From positions 2,580,107 through 2,644,106 of the forward strand of contig JAHRHZ010000085.1 in the NCBI GenBank assembly GCA_024137785.1: a stretch of 64,000 bases of DNA, written 5' to 3'. Below are positions 13,037-24,785 of this stretch, one piece after another. Position 1 is the stretch's first letter. Each line of letters begins with the position of its first letter. The position numbers and the translations under genes were made by a program. The notes under the pieces are model-generated. The model saw nothing but the letters and a program-made list of their open reading frames with translations. It searched no databases and was not told the origin of the DNA. Source of the DNA: Ginglymostoma cirratum. Lineage: Eukaryota.

Positions 13037-13331
13037 CTTCTTTCACAATAGTGTGTTTGACTTTTGCTGGAAATGAGTTTGAAACATGATGCACTTGACA
13101 AGTGTAAACTCTGTCACATTCAACTGCCTCTGACACCTCTAAGGTGCTGACCACCTCAAAGTCTGATGGTGTTTACTTGTTGGTCATTTCTAAATCCAGT
13201 CAAGACGTTTGTATTGTTTTTGTGCCAAGTAAAATTAAAGTCTTTTGGGTAAAAGGCAGAAGTTCTGCACGACAGAACGAAAGATGCATCTTCCAATGGT
13301 ACTGGTCACAAGTTTCAGGGGAGCCGTTAAG
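13037..13331 (-). pseudogene. Ig C1-set exon (copy B), frameshifted
   Basis: Acceptor ttcag|c at 13332/13331; LSCRTSAFYPKDFNFTWHKN / EVVSTLEV..VYTCQVHHVSNSFPA. Indels near the 5' end, a 2-nt deletion at ~13158, and a GC donor. Confidence 0.9.
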
Positions 13332-14042
13332 CTGAATTGTAAATAATAGAATTCAGATAAATCTGAACATTACAATCCTACTCCAAAGCTTCAACGATTC
13401 AATGAACAAACCATCTGCAGTTTCAGGGCAAGGTTTTTGCATTAGCCGTCATTATTTGCTTGGAGTAAACGTTATGTTTATCACGCAGTGACCCGCACTT
13501 CACCTCCCCCGCCCAAAGCAACTGATGCACCATTTCGAAGTTCAGCAAAATTGGTTTTTAAATTAAATACATATTAATTATTACAAATATATTTGGGATG
13601 TAATTTTGCATCCTTCTAATGACAACCAGTTTTGAACTGGATTTTAGTTTGTAGAAGCTGCGACAGCCGCAGTCCAAATGATCGTGACAGGAATTATGTT
13701 TTCAATGAGATACCGGGATATTCAAAATCTACAATCCCGCAGATAATATTTGTATCTCTTCAAATTGTTTCCCGATGCTGAGATTAGAAAAGGAAAACGG
13801 GTAGCTTTGAAGTTTGGTATTAACTGACTCTGCAATAGATACATTCAATACAATTTTCAAATGAAGTGCAAATGGTAATCTTCAAACTGTGACAGTTCCT
13901 AAAAGTTTCTCAGATTGTTGACATTTTCATTCCAAAGAAGTTGAATATTCATGTGAAATACATATATTTAGGAAAATGAATTTTATCCATCGTCGTTGTT
14001 CGGAGCAGCTAAGACACCATGTTTGTCTGCGGCGACACATAC

Positions 14043-14388
14043 CACATGCCATAAGTTGCACAACAGTTTCTTTCCCAACCGTTCGATGCTGATACTTGAC
14101 TACACAGTAATATGTTTCAGTGTCCCGGACAGTCACATTCAAAAGATTAAGGTAGGCTGCTTCTCCACCTGCAGTGAATAACTTTCTGCTATCCTCCAGC
14201 AGAAAGGTATTATGACCTTCTCTCCAACTGTAAGCGACAATATTTGAATGGTTGATTTCGAAGAAGAAAGGACATAGCAGGACAACGGATGAACCTCTCC
14301 GCGCGGTTATTCATTTATGATCCAGTTTTACCTTGGCTGAAATGCCCAAAGCAACTATGAACCGAAGATACTCGTTGAGATTAAACAT
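14043..14388 (-). pseudogene. Leader + Ig V-type exon (copy B) with in-frame TGA
   Basis: MFNLNEYLRFIVALGISAKVKLDHK*ITARRGSSVVLLCPF..YSW..LNLLNVTVRDTETYYCVVKYQHRTVGKETVVQLMAC, with a phase-1 donor GTATGT and a stop at 14313-14311. Confidence 0.9.
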
Positions 14389-15057
14389 TAAATCCTTGGA
14401 AGTGAGATTGGGTTTGGCTGCTCCATTTTTCACCAGCACAGACACCTTGCTTCTCTGGGTTGTAAACGTTTTCTAATTTTGTGAACAATCGGATGACTGT
14501 TGTTACAATAATTTGAAGGACGTGGGGATTTAGGGTGAAACTACAGCGACAGCCGTATTAAAAAGAAGAAAATGGGGGGCAATTAATCCCCTCTGACTCC
14601 AATAGGACTGAAAGGACTGAGAAAGAGTGTCGGATTAACTTGTCTGAAATCCCCTTCCTCATTACTTTTCAACATCATGTCTTTGACTCTCAGATATTGT
14701 ATGTACAAGTCATTCTCTGTGATTCTTCTGTGTGGCCCTTTTTACCAATAACTCTCACTGAAGACATGATGTCTGTTTGTCTAATCTAATGATGTTAATT
14801 ATCAGTCAGTATAGATTTGACTCTCTTTATCTTTGTACCAAGCCAACAACTGATGTCAAAGATGGTAACCAGGCACCACCATTTATGTAAACAAAAAAAT
14901 GCTGGAGATCACAGTGGGTCAGGCAGCATTCATGGAGAGAAAGCAAGCTAATGTTTCACGTGGCGATGACACTCTATCGGCTCAGAGTTTATGAACCGTC
15001 ATAGAGACTCTCAATGTTAACTGTCTTTATGAATACCTGCTAATAGGTGTCAAGCTC

Positions 15058-15372
15058 AAGGGCGGCACGGATTCTCAGTGGTTAGCACTGCAGCCTCACA
15101 GGGCCAGGGATCCGGGTTCGATTCCAGCCTCAGGTGACTGTCTGTGTGGAGTTTGCACATTCTCCCTCTGTCTGCGTGGGTTCCCTCCGGGTGCTCAGGT
15201 TTCCTGCCACAGTCCGAAGATGTGCAGGCTAGGTGGATTGGCCATGCTAAATTGCCCATAGTGTTCAGGGGTGTGTGGGTTATAGGGGGATGGGTCTGGG
15301 TGGGATGCTCCAAGGGTTGGTGTGGACTTGTTGGGCCGAAGGGCCTGTTTCCACACTGCAGGGGTTCTATTT
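15058..15372 (+). mobile_element. HE1-like SINE
   Basis: tRNA-like head (gggcggcacgg..cagtggttagcactgc..ggttcgattcc) and CR1-like tail gggccgaagggcctgtttcc; absent from the paralogous site at ~48198. Confidence 0.9.
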
Positions 15373-17509
15373 CTAATCAGTTTGTTTCCTTCTGACTTGT
15401 TATTATCCATGTGATTAAATTAACATTTAAGAGAATGTGGTTGCCGATCAAAAGTGTTGCTTTTTCTTGTGAGGTGCCATTCTCCTGAATTTGTTATTGC
15501 TGCTGTCATCTCAGTAATGGGAAGTGGAAGTGTTCCAGAATACTTTGTAAGTGCACTCCTTGGCTGGAAGATAGACATTCCCGAATCATAATATGGATCA
15601 CCCATCTCAGAAGACAGACCCTCTGACTTGGTCCTGAATTCCAGTTACGTTAACCCTTCCTAGCAGCACATTGGATAGACATGAACCATATTGCTTGCAC
15701 CCATTCAAGAAGGTAGCTCACCATCCGTTTCCAAAAGAACTTAACATCAAAAAAAAGTAAACATTCCGTTTTCTCGCGTATCAGCCTATTCCCAAAGTGT
15801 ATTTGTTGTTTGGGTAGAATACTGACAGTGGGAGTCGAGCACAAATTCCTAATGTATGTTGCCAATACTGACATCTGAAGAAATATCTTCAAAGCACGAT
15901 GTGAAATTAAAGGCAAATAAAACTTATCAATGCGGGAAGGTCGTAAAAGGAACTTGTGTTTTACGGAACATACACTATTTCTTTTTATGATTTTAACGAA
16001 TTCCAGGCAAGTTGACAATTGAACTACTGTCTGATTGTTGATTGTTTTGTGAAATTGCTGAGAGTAAGAATTATCTTCCTTCGTATAAAAATTGATTGAA
16101 AATACGCTTTACTTTTGAATGAAATGGATGATAATCATGTTCTTATTGTCGATCAAATGCATAATGAAAACATTGCCTTTTTAAAATGTCTGGACTTGCT
16201 TGTAACACAATCTTTCAAATGCACTGACAGATATCTTATTAAATTTCCAGGGCACAAATGGTAATCCCACCAATTGTGTCTCTCTGTTACCAGAATAAAC
16301 AAAGCAGCTCTTGTTTGGTGAATTCATGTCAGTCATTCAAGTTGTTGTGACATGTACGTCATTGAATGTGACTGGAATAAATACACAAATGTTTATATCA
16401 CAGACATGATAGCTTTTATTTCGGTAAAACCACTGATAAATAATACTCACCTTGATAAATATAATCATCTTACCACAGAGTGGAAGCTGAGTTTCAGTCA
16501 TTGAGAAGAAGAAAAGAGGAATCAGGGAATTGTGGGTCAGTGAATGGCAAGATGGACAGAGTTTAATAAAATAAGAACTTAGGAGTAAAGTAACAAACAA
16601 GACTGGGAGTTTGATTTGATTTAACTTGATTTATTACAGTCACATGTCCCTAAGTACAGTGAAAAGTTTAGTTTTGTGAGCAGTACAGGCAGATAACAAA
16701 CAAGCGCATACAGGTGCTTAGACACAGTGATCCATACAGATTACGGCTGCACAGGAGATGCATAAAGCAAGATCAGCATTAGCAGGATCAACGTTATTTG
16801 AAGTGAGAGAGGTCTGTTCAGCAGTCAAGTAACAACAGGGAAGAGGCTGTTCTTGAACCTGTTGGTGTGTGTGTTCACAAAAAAATGACAAGAAAGAAGA
16901 CTCTAGATTTGAAAATGTGAGCATTCTGAAGAAATTAAACAAACTGAGACCACAACACACATTGATGTAAATAAGCATAATTAATAATCATGATGAAGAC
17001 ATGAAAGTAAGATAACAAATATTATGTACTGATTATTTAGGAGTATATAACAGTCAATAAGAACAGGACACCAGGTGATGGAGGATAACGTCCCGTTGTT
17101 AGAGTTATGAACGGTTAAAAATGACTATGGTCCAAAAACCACGATGAAGAATCAGTTTGGGTAGGAAAGAGGAACAGCAGCAGAAAGAATCACCAGTGGG
17201 ATTGGTCTCGAAGATAACGAGCAGTAATCACAATGAGGGACAGAATATTCCAGATGACATATTGAGTAAGAAAGTAAAGAACTGCTGATGCTCGAAATCA
17301 GATACAAAAACAGAATTTGCTGGAAAAGCTCAAACGGTCTGGCAGCATCAGTGGAGAGAAAGCAGAGTTACCAGTCTGGTTCCAGTGGCCATTTTTCAGA
17401 ACAGATTGTAGGCAGGAAAAAGTTTAGTGTATGTCCTGAAGTTGAGTTAGGAAAGGGAGGATCCAATTGTGTGCATTTTGAAAGTTTTTTTTTTCATCTT
17501 CATCTTAAT

Positions 17510-17745
17510 GGAGCAGCACAGTGGTTAGTGCTGCTGCCTCACAATGCCAGGGATCCTGGTTTGATTCCCCAATATGTGACATTTGCACATTCTTCCCGCG
17601 TCTGTTTGAGTTTCCTCTGGGTGCTCTGGTTTCCTCTCACAGTTCGAAGATGTGCAGGGAAGGTGGATTGGACATTTTACTTTACTCATGGTGTCCAGAG
17701 GATATGCAGCCAAATGGCCTGCTTCCACTCTGACCTTCAATAACT
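17510..17745 (+). mobile_element. HE1-like SINE, degenerate
   Basis: cagtggttagtgctgctgcctcacaatgccaggg head and HE1 body. Confidence 0.75.
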
Positions 17746-17884
17746 CTAATCTTGTTCCCTTGGATATATTCCTTCCATGAGGGCACCTAACTGCTCTGGC
17801 TTAAAGTTTGCCTTCAAACAGCAGACTGTTTCAGCCAGAAATCTTCCAAAGCCATTTGATGTCAACTGAGAACCACCTTCAACC

Positions 17885-18950
17885 ATGAGTAGCCTGACAT
17901 TTGCAGTCACTGAGACATGGGTAAAGGAAGGGCAGGATTGGCAGCTCAACATTACAGGGTAGAGGAGTTTCAGGCATGATCGAGGGCGATGTAAGTGAGG
18001 TTAGTGCATTATTGGTAAAGGAGAAGCTCACTGCAGTAATGAGGGAGAATGCCTCGGAAGGCTCTTCAAATGAAGCCATTCTGGTTGGAGCTTAGGAATT
18101 AAAAAAGGCTGATCCCTTTGCTGGGATTAAACTACAGGCCCCCAACAGTCAGAGAGAGATGGAGGAATAGGTATGGACACAAATCACAGAGTGGTATGAG
18201 AGGAATGGGTTTAGATAATCAGAGCGGGTACAAAGTTTCTAACATTAACTGGGATGGCCTTAGTATGAACGGATTGTATGGGTTGGAATTTTTAAAGTGC
18301 ATCCAGGAGAGCTTTTTGTGCCACTACATAGATAGTCCAACCACAGATGGGGCAGTGTTAGATCTAATCCAAGGGAATGAAACCAGGCAAATGAACTTTA
18401 ATTGGGCACATGTTTTGGGAATAGTGACTATAACTCTCGAAGTTTCAAAGTCATTATGGGAAGGGAAAAGCATCATGCAGAAATGTCTGAATTGTGTGAA
18501 GAGCAAATTCAAAATCAGTAGAGAGGATTTAGCAAACAGTGACGGGGAACAGCTGCTTGCAAGTCATTCTGTATCCTTCAGAAGCATAGAGAGTGATGGG
18601 GGTGTTCAAATAAGAAAAGATGAGATGGTATCACATAAAGGAGTCAGTTACTGCAATAAGAAGTGATGATATCCTGAAATGGTCTTCAAATGAGGCCTGG
18701 AGGTAGAGACAGGGGTAAGAAGAGCAGCCGCATTGTTCTGAGTGTATTGTCGGCCCTCAGTCAGTGGGTAAGAGAGAAGCAGCTATGTACACATTTAACT
18801 GAGGTATGTAATCATAATGACAGTATTAATAATTTAAGAATGTTAGAGGATTTCATCTTCCCCAATATTAATTGTGATAATCATGTTATAAACAGTTGAG
18901 AGGGAACAGAAGTTGGAAATCTATTCTGGATCTATTCAGGGAGGCACTTG
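17885..18950 (+). mobile_element. CR1 endonuclease-region relics
   Basis: AVTETW, NYRPP, FLKCIQESFLCHYIDSPT..AVLDL and DF.FPNIN motifs with frameshifts. Confidence 0.7.
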
Positions 18951-18960
18951 TCGGCACCGT

Positions 18961-19275
18961 GGGCGGCATGGTGGCACAGTGGTTAGCACTGCTGCCTCAC
19001 AACGCCAGGGTTCGATTCCACCCTCGGGTATCTGTCTGTGTGGAGTTTCTACATTCTCCCCATGTCTGCTTGGGTTTCCTCTGGGGACTCCGGTTTCCTC
19101 CCACAGTCCAAAGATGTGCAGGTGAGGTGGATTGGCCATGCTAAATTGCCTGTCGTGTCCAGGGATGTGTAGATTAAGTGGATTGTAGGGGGATGAGTCT
19201 TGGTGGGATGCTCTGAGGTTCGGTGTGGGTTTGTTGGGCCGAAGGGCCTGTTTCCACATCATAGGGATTCTATTC
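18961..19275 (+). mobile_element. HE1-like SINE
   Basis: gggcggcatggtggcacagtggttagcactgctgcctcac head and CR1-like tail. Confidence 0.9.
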
Positions 19276-20010
19276 TGACAATTTTTTTGACAACACACAT
19301 AATGTCTGACAAGGGTCAGGGCGGTGCTGGATTTAATTCTGGGGAGCAAATCCGGCTGGTGTTTGAGGTGGTAATGGGAGAACATTGTAGTAATACAGTC
19401 TGGTCCAATGTTTGTCGCAGAGAAGGAAAAAAATGGTGCGCAAACAAGTTTTTTTTGCCATTGTTATCAAAAAGAGGCAGGATCTGCCCAAAATAGACTG
19501 AGAACAGCTACTTGTAGGTAAATCTACAGCAGATGGGTGGCGGGTGGGGCAGAGAGGGGGAAGAACAGCAATCAAAAACGAAATGGGGAGAGTAACGCAT
19601 TTTCGATGTTTGTACTGAAGTTCAGGACTTGATTGACTTCCTCTTCGGTTTTCTGAATGAACTGGAATTTGGGCGGGATTCTGTGTAACTGTTATCTAAA
19701 TGGCATCATGTGATATCCGGTTGCAAATGTGTGCTCAGATTAATACCTGTTGATGAGCCTTCAGTACTTTGTCACAACCCTGTACAGATGGAAAACTTCC
19801 TTCATTTTCACCACCATTTCACTTTTTGAATGTGCAGGCCTCATTTACAATTCAGTCCCATCTTTCATATTAAACAGAAAAGGGAAATGTGTGCATGAGA
19901 GACCAATAGGAGACTACACATGTTTCTGACATTACTAATGGCTCACTGTCCTTAGGCACATTCCCTCCATCTGCTATATCTGTTGTATTTCTCATTTTCT
20001 CAAGAGAAAC

Positions 20011-21146
20011 TGAAATAACTGCACAGAGGCTGGTATCCCATCACCAAGTCCCCCTTTATTTCCATGTGCACAGTACAATGGCTGTGGCCAGCCAGCTCGG
20101 AGTCAGCCTGAAGGGAGGAGATTCTATATGCCCTGTTTATGCTTTTTTGCTTTTGTTTATAACCCCATATGTACAGAAGGAGTGCTTATTTTCCCCAGCG
20201 CCCGTGTTGTGTGCGTGCAGGTGCAAGACACAGTAAAAACACTATTTGTGCAAATAAATTTATGAATATACCACCATCAGGAAAAACTCCCATGTGGCCA
20301 GGGAACCAGTGACAAGCAACGACCCCGCTGCGGCAATGTTCATGTGAAAAAAAAAGTGAAAGGGAGGGTAGGGACCAAATCCAAACAGAATTAGAAGGGG
20401 GGATGAAGCACCCCACCTCCCCTCCCCGCACACCCACCCCGCCCCCACCGCAGTGGCCACTGCTCCCGAAAGACATCCAGAGTGTGGGTGCACACCGTGT
20501 GCTCTTTTTCCAGGGACACCCGAGCTCGAACATAGACATGGAAGAGGGTCAGACAGTCAATGTAAATGACCCTCCTCCACGGCCCGCTGCCTGGACCTGT
20601 TAATGACCAGCTTGGACAGGCCCAGGAGCAGATCCATGAGGGGATCCTGTGACCCACCTGCACCCCTCCACACTGGGTGCCCAAAGATCAGGAGCATGGA
20701 GCTGAAGTACAGCCAGAAACACAAAAGGAGGGCTTTAAGATAACTGAAAAGGCAGTGCAAGCGCCCACACCCAATACCTACATGGTCCACGGACTCCACA
20801 GCGCCACAAAACAGACAGTTGGGCTGGGAATCCTTGAACCACCGCAATCTGCAGTTACATGGGACTGCTGTGTGCAACACCCTCCCACCAAGATACCCGA
20901 GGGGAAGGGGGAGGGCTCCCGCGGAGAGAGCCCTCCACTGGGGATCCCCACCACCAGGTGGTAAATAGGCATGGCAAGATGTGCCAGGCGGTGGGTGAAG
21001 GAGAAGAGGTGGATGGTGTACAGCAGCAGTCTGTATAGGGTTTGCTCTGTTTATATTGGTCAGCCAGGTCTCCCTGATTAGTCCAAGTTAACAACCTCAG
21101 TCAAGATCTCACAGTCAATAAGATTCACCTGGTTCCAATCACTACA
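20011..21146 (-). mobile_element. Putative short solo LTR split by a Tx1-like LINE
   Basis: On the - strand it begins TGTAGTG.. and ends ..TTATTTCA, with AATAAA near its 3' end. The same structure occurs at 55353-56451. Confidence 0.5.
20141..21046 (-). mobile_element. Tx1/L1-clade LINE 3' fragment
   Basis: Zinc-knuckle C-terminus CLFCGAVESVDHV.IGC, then LLLGLSKLVINRSR; T-rich (polyA) end; CTGTTTAT direct repeats at 20133-20140 and 21047-21054. Confidence 0.8.
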
Positions 21147-21301
21147 AAAACAAAAGATAAATTCTCCAGGCCACCTCAACTCTGACTTTTGTCAAACAGA
21201 CCCAGACTGTGTTCACACCTGAATATGTCCCCCCTTGATCCTTCCTGACCTATTTCCAGATTTAAAGATGAATGGCAACAGAACAAAACTCCAGATATTC
21301 A

Positions 21302-23927
21302 CCATCCCCCCAGACCTCCCCCTTAATGAGGACGAACGGTCAGTCCTCAGTAAAGGGCTCACCTTTGTACCCCTCCACCCACATATCAACGAATACCGCT
21401 CACGCTTGGATATTGAGCAGTCTTTCCACCGCCTCCGCCTCCACGCTTACTTCTCCAACCGCAAATCTAACCCTCCCTCTACTGACCCCTTCTCTCGCCT
21501 CCAACACAAGCCCTCCTCCTGGACACCACCCCAAGGCCTCCTACCCTCCCTCGACCTCTTCATCTCCAACTGCCGTCGCGACATCAATCGCCTTACCCTC
21601 TCTACCCCTCTCAAACACTCCAACCTCTCCACCGCAGAACATGCAGCCCTCCGCTCCAATCCCAACCTCACCATAAAAAATGCGGACAAGGGAGGAGCAG
21701 TCGTAGTATGGCGCACTGACCTCTACATTGCTGAGGCCAGGCGCCAACTCTCTGACACCTCCTCCTACCGCCCCCTGGATCATGACCCCACCCCCGAGCA
21801 CCAAACCATCATCTCCCAAACCATCCACAACCTCTTCACCTCAGGTGACCTCCCACCCACCGCCTCCAACCTCGTCGTTCCCCAACCCTGCACCGCCTGC
21901 TTCTATCTCCTTCCCAAAATCCACAAACCTGAATGCCCTGGTCGACCCATTGTCTCTGCCTGCTCCTGCCCCACCAAGCTCATCTTCACCTACCTAGACT
22001 CCATTTTCACCCCCTTGGTACAGGAACTCCCTACCTGCGTCCGTGACACCACTCACGCCCTCCACCTCCTCCAGAACTTCCAATTCCCCGGTCGCCAACA
22101 CCTCATTTTTACTATGGACGTCCAGTCCCTATACACCTGTATTCCCCATGCAGATGGCCTAAAGGCCCTCCGCTTCTTCCTGTCCCGCAGAACTGACCAA
22201 TTCTCCTCCACCGACACCCTCATCCGCTTAGCCGAAGTCGTCCTCACCCTCAACAACTTCTCTTTAAATTCCTCCCACTTCCTACAGACAAAGGGGGTGG
22301 CCATGGGTACCCACATGGGCCCAAGCTATGCTTGCCTCTTTGTAGGTTACGTGGAACAATCCCTCTTCCATACCTACACTGGCCCTAAGCCCTACCTCTT
22401 CCTCCGTTACATTGATGACTGCATCGGCGCCGCCTCATGCTCCCACGAGCAGCTCGAACACTTCATCCACTTCACCAACACCTTCCACCCCAACCTGAAG
22501 TTCACCTGGACCATCTCCAACACTTCTCTCTCCTTCCTGGACCTCTCTGTCTCCATCTCGGGTAACCACCTAGAAACCGATGTCCATTTCAAGCCCACTG
22601 ACTCCCACAGCTACCTGGAATTTGCCTTCTCCCTCCCACCTTCCTGGAAGAATGCCATCCCCTATTCCCAATTCCTTCGCCTCCGCCGCATCTGCTCCCA
22701 GGATGAGACATTCGACTCCCGTACATATCAGATGTCCTCATTCTTCAAGGACCGCAACTTCCCCCCCACAGTGGTCGAGAACGCCCTCGACCGTGTCTCC
22801 CGCATTTCCCATAACACATCCCTCACACCTCGTTCCCGCAATAATAACCAAAAAAGAATCCCCCTCGTCCTCACGTGCCACCCCACCAACCTCCGGATCC
22901 AACGCATCATCCTCTGACATTTCTGCCATCTGCAATCAGACCCCACCACCAAAGACATTTTTCCCTCCCCACCCTTATCTGCCTTCTGGAGGGACCACTC
23001 CCTCCGCGACTCCCTTGTCTGCTCCACACTCCCCCCGAGCCCCACCACACCCGGCATTTTTCCCTGCAACCGCAGGAAGTGCTGCACCTGCCCCCACACC
23101 TCCTCCTTCACCCCAATCCCAGGCCCCAAGAAGACTTTCCACATCAGGCAGATGTTCACCTGCACATCTGCCAATGTGGTATACTGCATCCGCTGTACCC
23201 ATTGTGGCTTCCTCTACATCGGGGAAACCAAGCGGAGGCTTGGGGACCGCTTTGCAGAACACCTGCGCTCAGTTCGCAACAAACAACTGCACCTCCCAGT
23301 CGCGAACCACTTCAACTCCCCCTCCCATTCCTCAGATGACATGTCCATCCTGGGCCTCCTGCAATGCCACAGTGATGCCACCCGAAGGCTGCAGGAACAG
23401 CAAATCATATTCAGCCTGAGAACCCTGCAGCCCAATGGTATCAATGTGGATTTCACAAGCTTCAAAATCTCCCCTCCCCCAACCGCATCCCAAAACCAGC
23501 CCAGCTCATCTCCACCTCCCTAACCTGTTTTTCCTCTCACCTATCCCGTCCTCCCACCTCAAGGCCCGCCCCCATCTCCTTTCTACGAACATCATCCCGC
23601 CCCCTTGACCTGTCCGTCCTCCCTGGACTGACCTATCTGCTCCCTACCCCCCCCACCTACACTCACCTTTACTGGCTCCATCCCCGCCTCTTTGACCTGT
23701 CTGCCTCCTCTCCACCTATCCTCTCCTCTATCCATCCTCTGTCCGCCTCCCTGTCTCTCCCTATTTATTTCAGAACCCTCTTCTCCTCCCCCATTTCTGA
23801 TGAAGGGTCTAGGCCCGAAACGTCAAGTTTTCCTGCTCCTATGATGCTGCTTGGCCTGCTGTGTTCATCCAGCCCCATGCCTTGTTATCTTGGATTCTCC
23901 AGCATCTGCAGTACCATTTATCTCTAT
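21302..23927 (+). mobile_element. Penelope-like retroelement (RT + GIY-YIG endonuclease), 5'-truncated, one in-frame stop
   Basis: ADKGGAVVV, LPKIHK..PGRPIVS, MDVQSLYT, GVAMG and RYIDD RT motifs; VVYCIRC..LYIGET GIY-YIG motif in the same frame after TGA 22915-22917; TSD TCCAGATATTCA (21290-21301, 23928-23939). Confidence 0.95.
23793..23828 (+). ncRNA. Minimal type-I hammerhead ribozyme motif in the Penelope terminal repeat
   Basis: AUUU-CUGAUGA-A-GGGU(CUAG)GCCC-GAAAC-GUC-AAGU: conserved core, helix II, palindromic ACGU in place of helix III, and a 4-bp helix I. Confidence 0.7.
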
Positions 23928-24319
23928 TCCAGATATTCAATCACCAGGCATTTATTTGATTCCCAATTCCCTATTGTTTCTTATCTTCAGAGCTGAATTA
24001 TTTGCTGTGGAATGTTGTCCATTTCCACCCCGTTATGTTTGGAACTATCAAGGAATCTTTCCGACTTCGGCTATTTCTCATAATCATGTTGCTTCTGAGG
24101 GTCAACATAAGGAAACATCGTATCCATTCCCAAGTGTATATTTTTGGACACGAGGCATAAGGTCATAATCACCTCATTCAACCCCACTGCATTGCCCTAA
24201 CACTCTCAGACTAATATCCATTATTGAATGAGCTGACATTATATTCGCTCAGTCAAAATGTTTAGTCTCCATCAACAATACCTTTTAGATATCACAGACT
24301 CCATCTATTTCTTTCGATG

Positions 24320-24785
24320 ATGTTGCTGGTGTTGGAGTGTTTGAGCTGTTGGGAGAGGCTGAATAGACGGGGGTCATTTTTCCTGTGGTGTCAGAGGCTG
24401 AGGAGTGACCGTATAGAGGTTTATAAAATCATCAGGGGCATGGGTACGGTGAACTGCCAAGGTCCTTTCTCCAGGGTGGGGCTGTTGAAAACTTGAGGAC
24501 ATGTGTTTACGATGAGAGGAAAACCTTTAAAAGTGACTTCAGGGACAACATTTTCCCACAGAGGGTGGTGCATGTATGGACTGAACTGCCAGGCAAAGTG
24601 GTGGAGGCTGGTACAATTCTAATATTTAAAAGGCACCTCGATGGGTACATGAATAGGAAGGGTTTAGAGGAATGTGGGTCAAGTACAGACAAATGGGACA
24701 ATTTTAGTTTAAGAATATCTGGTCAGCATGAATGAGTTGCACCGAAGGGTCTGTTTGCGTGCTGTACAAGTCCATGACTCTATAT
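24320..24785 (+). mobile_element. Degenerate CR1 3' fragment (paralog at ~56985-57430)
   Basis: EVYKII, FPQRVVHVWTELP and FKRHLDGYMNRKG motifs. Confidence 0.8.

Noticed and set aside
14311-14313. Shared TGA as a selenocysteine or readthrough codon
   Set aside because: It aligns with a CGA Arg codon, and both copies have additional frameshifts, so ordinary pseudogenisation explains it.
15058-15135. tRNA gene
   Set aside because: It is the tRNA-derived head of an HE1-like SINE, not a complete tRNA.
15420-16018. ORFs in the duplicated unique segment
   Set aside because: The frames are not conserved in the paralog at 50880-51400 and no domain motif is recognisable.
21125-21146. Apparent 13-nt micro-exon (ttgtag|..|gtgaat) on the - strand
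   Set aside because: It coincides with the TGTAG start of the putative LTR.
21272-23465. Numerous overlapping alternate-frame and antisense ORFs
   Set aside because: By-products of the C-rich, stop-poor Penelope coding sequence.
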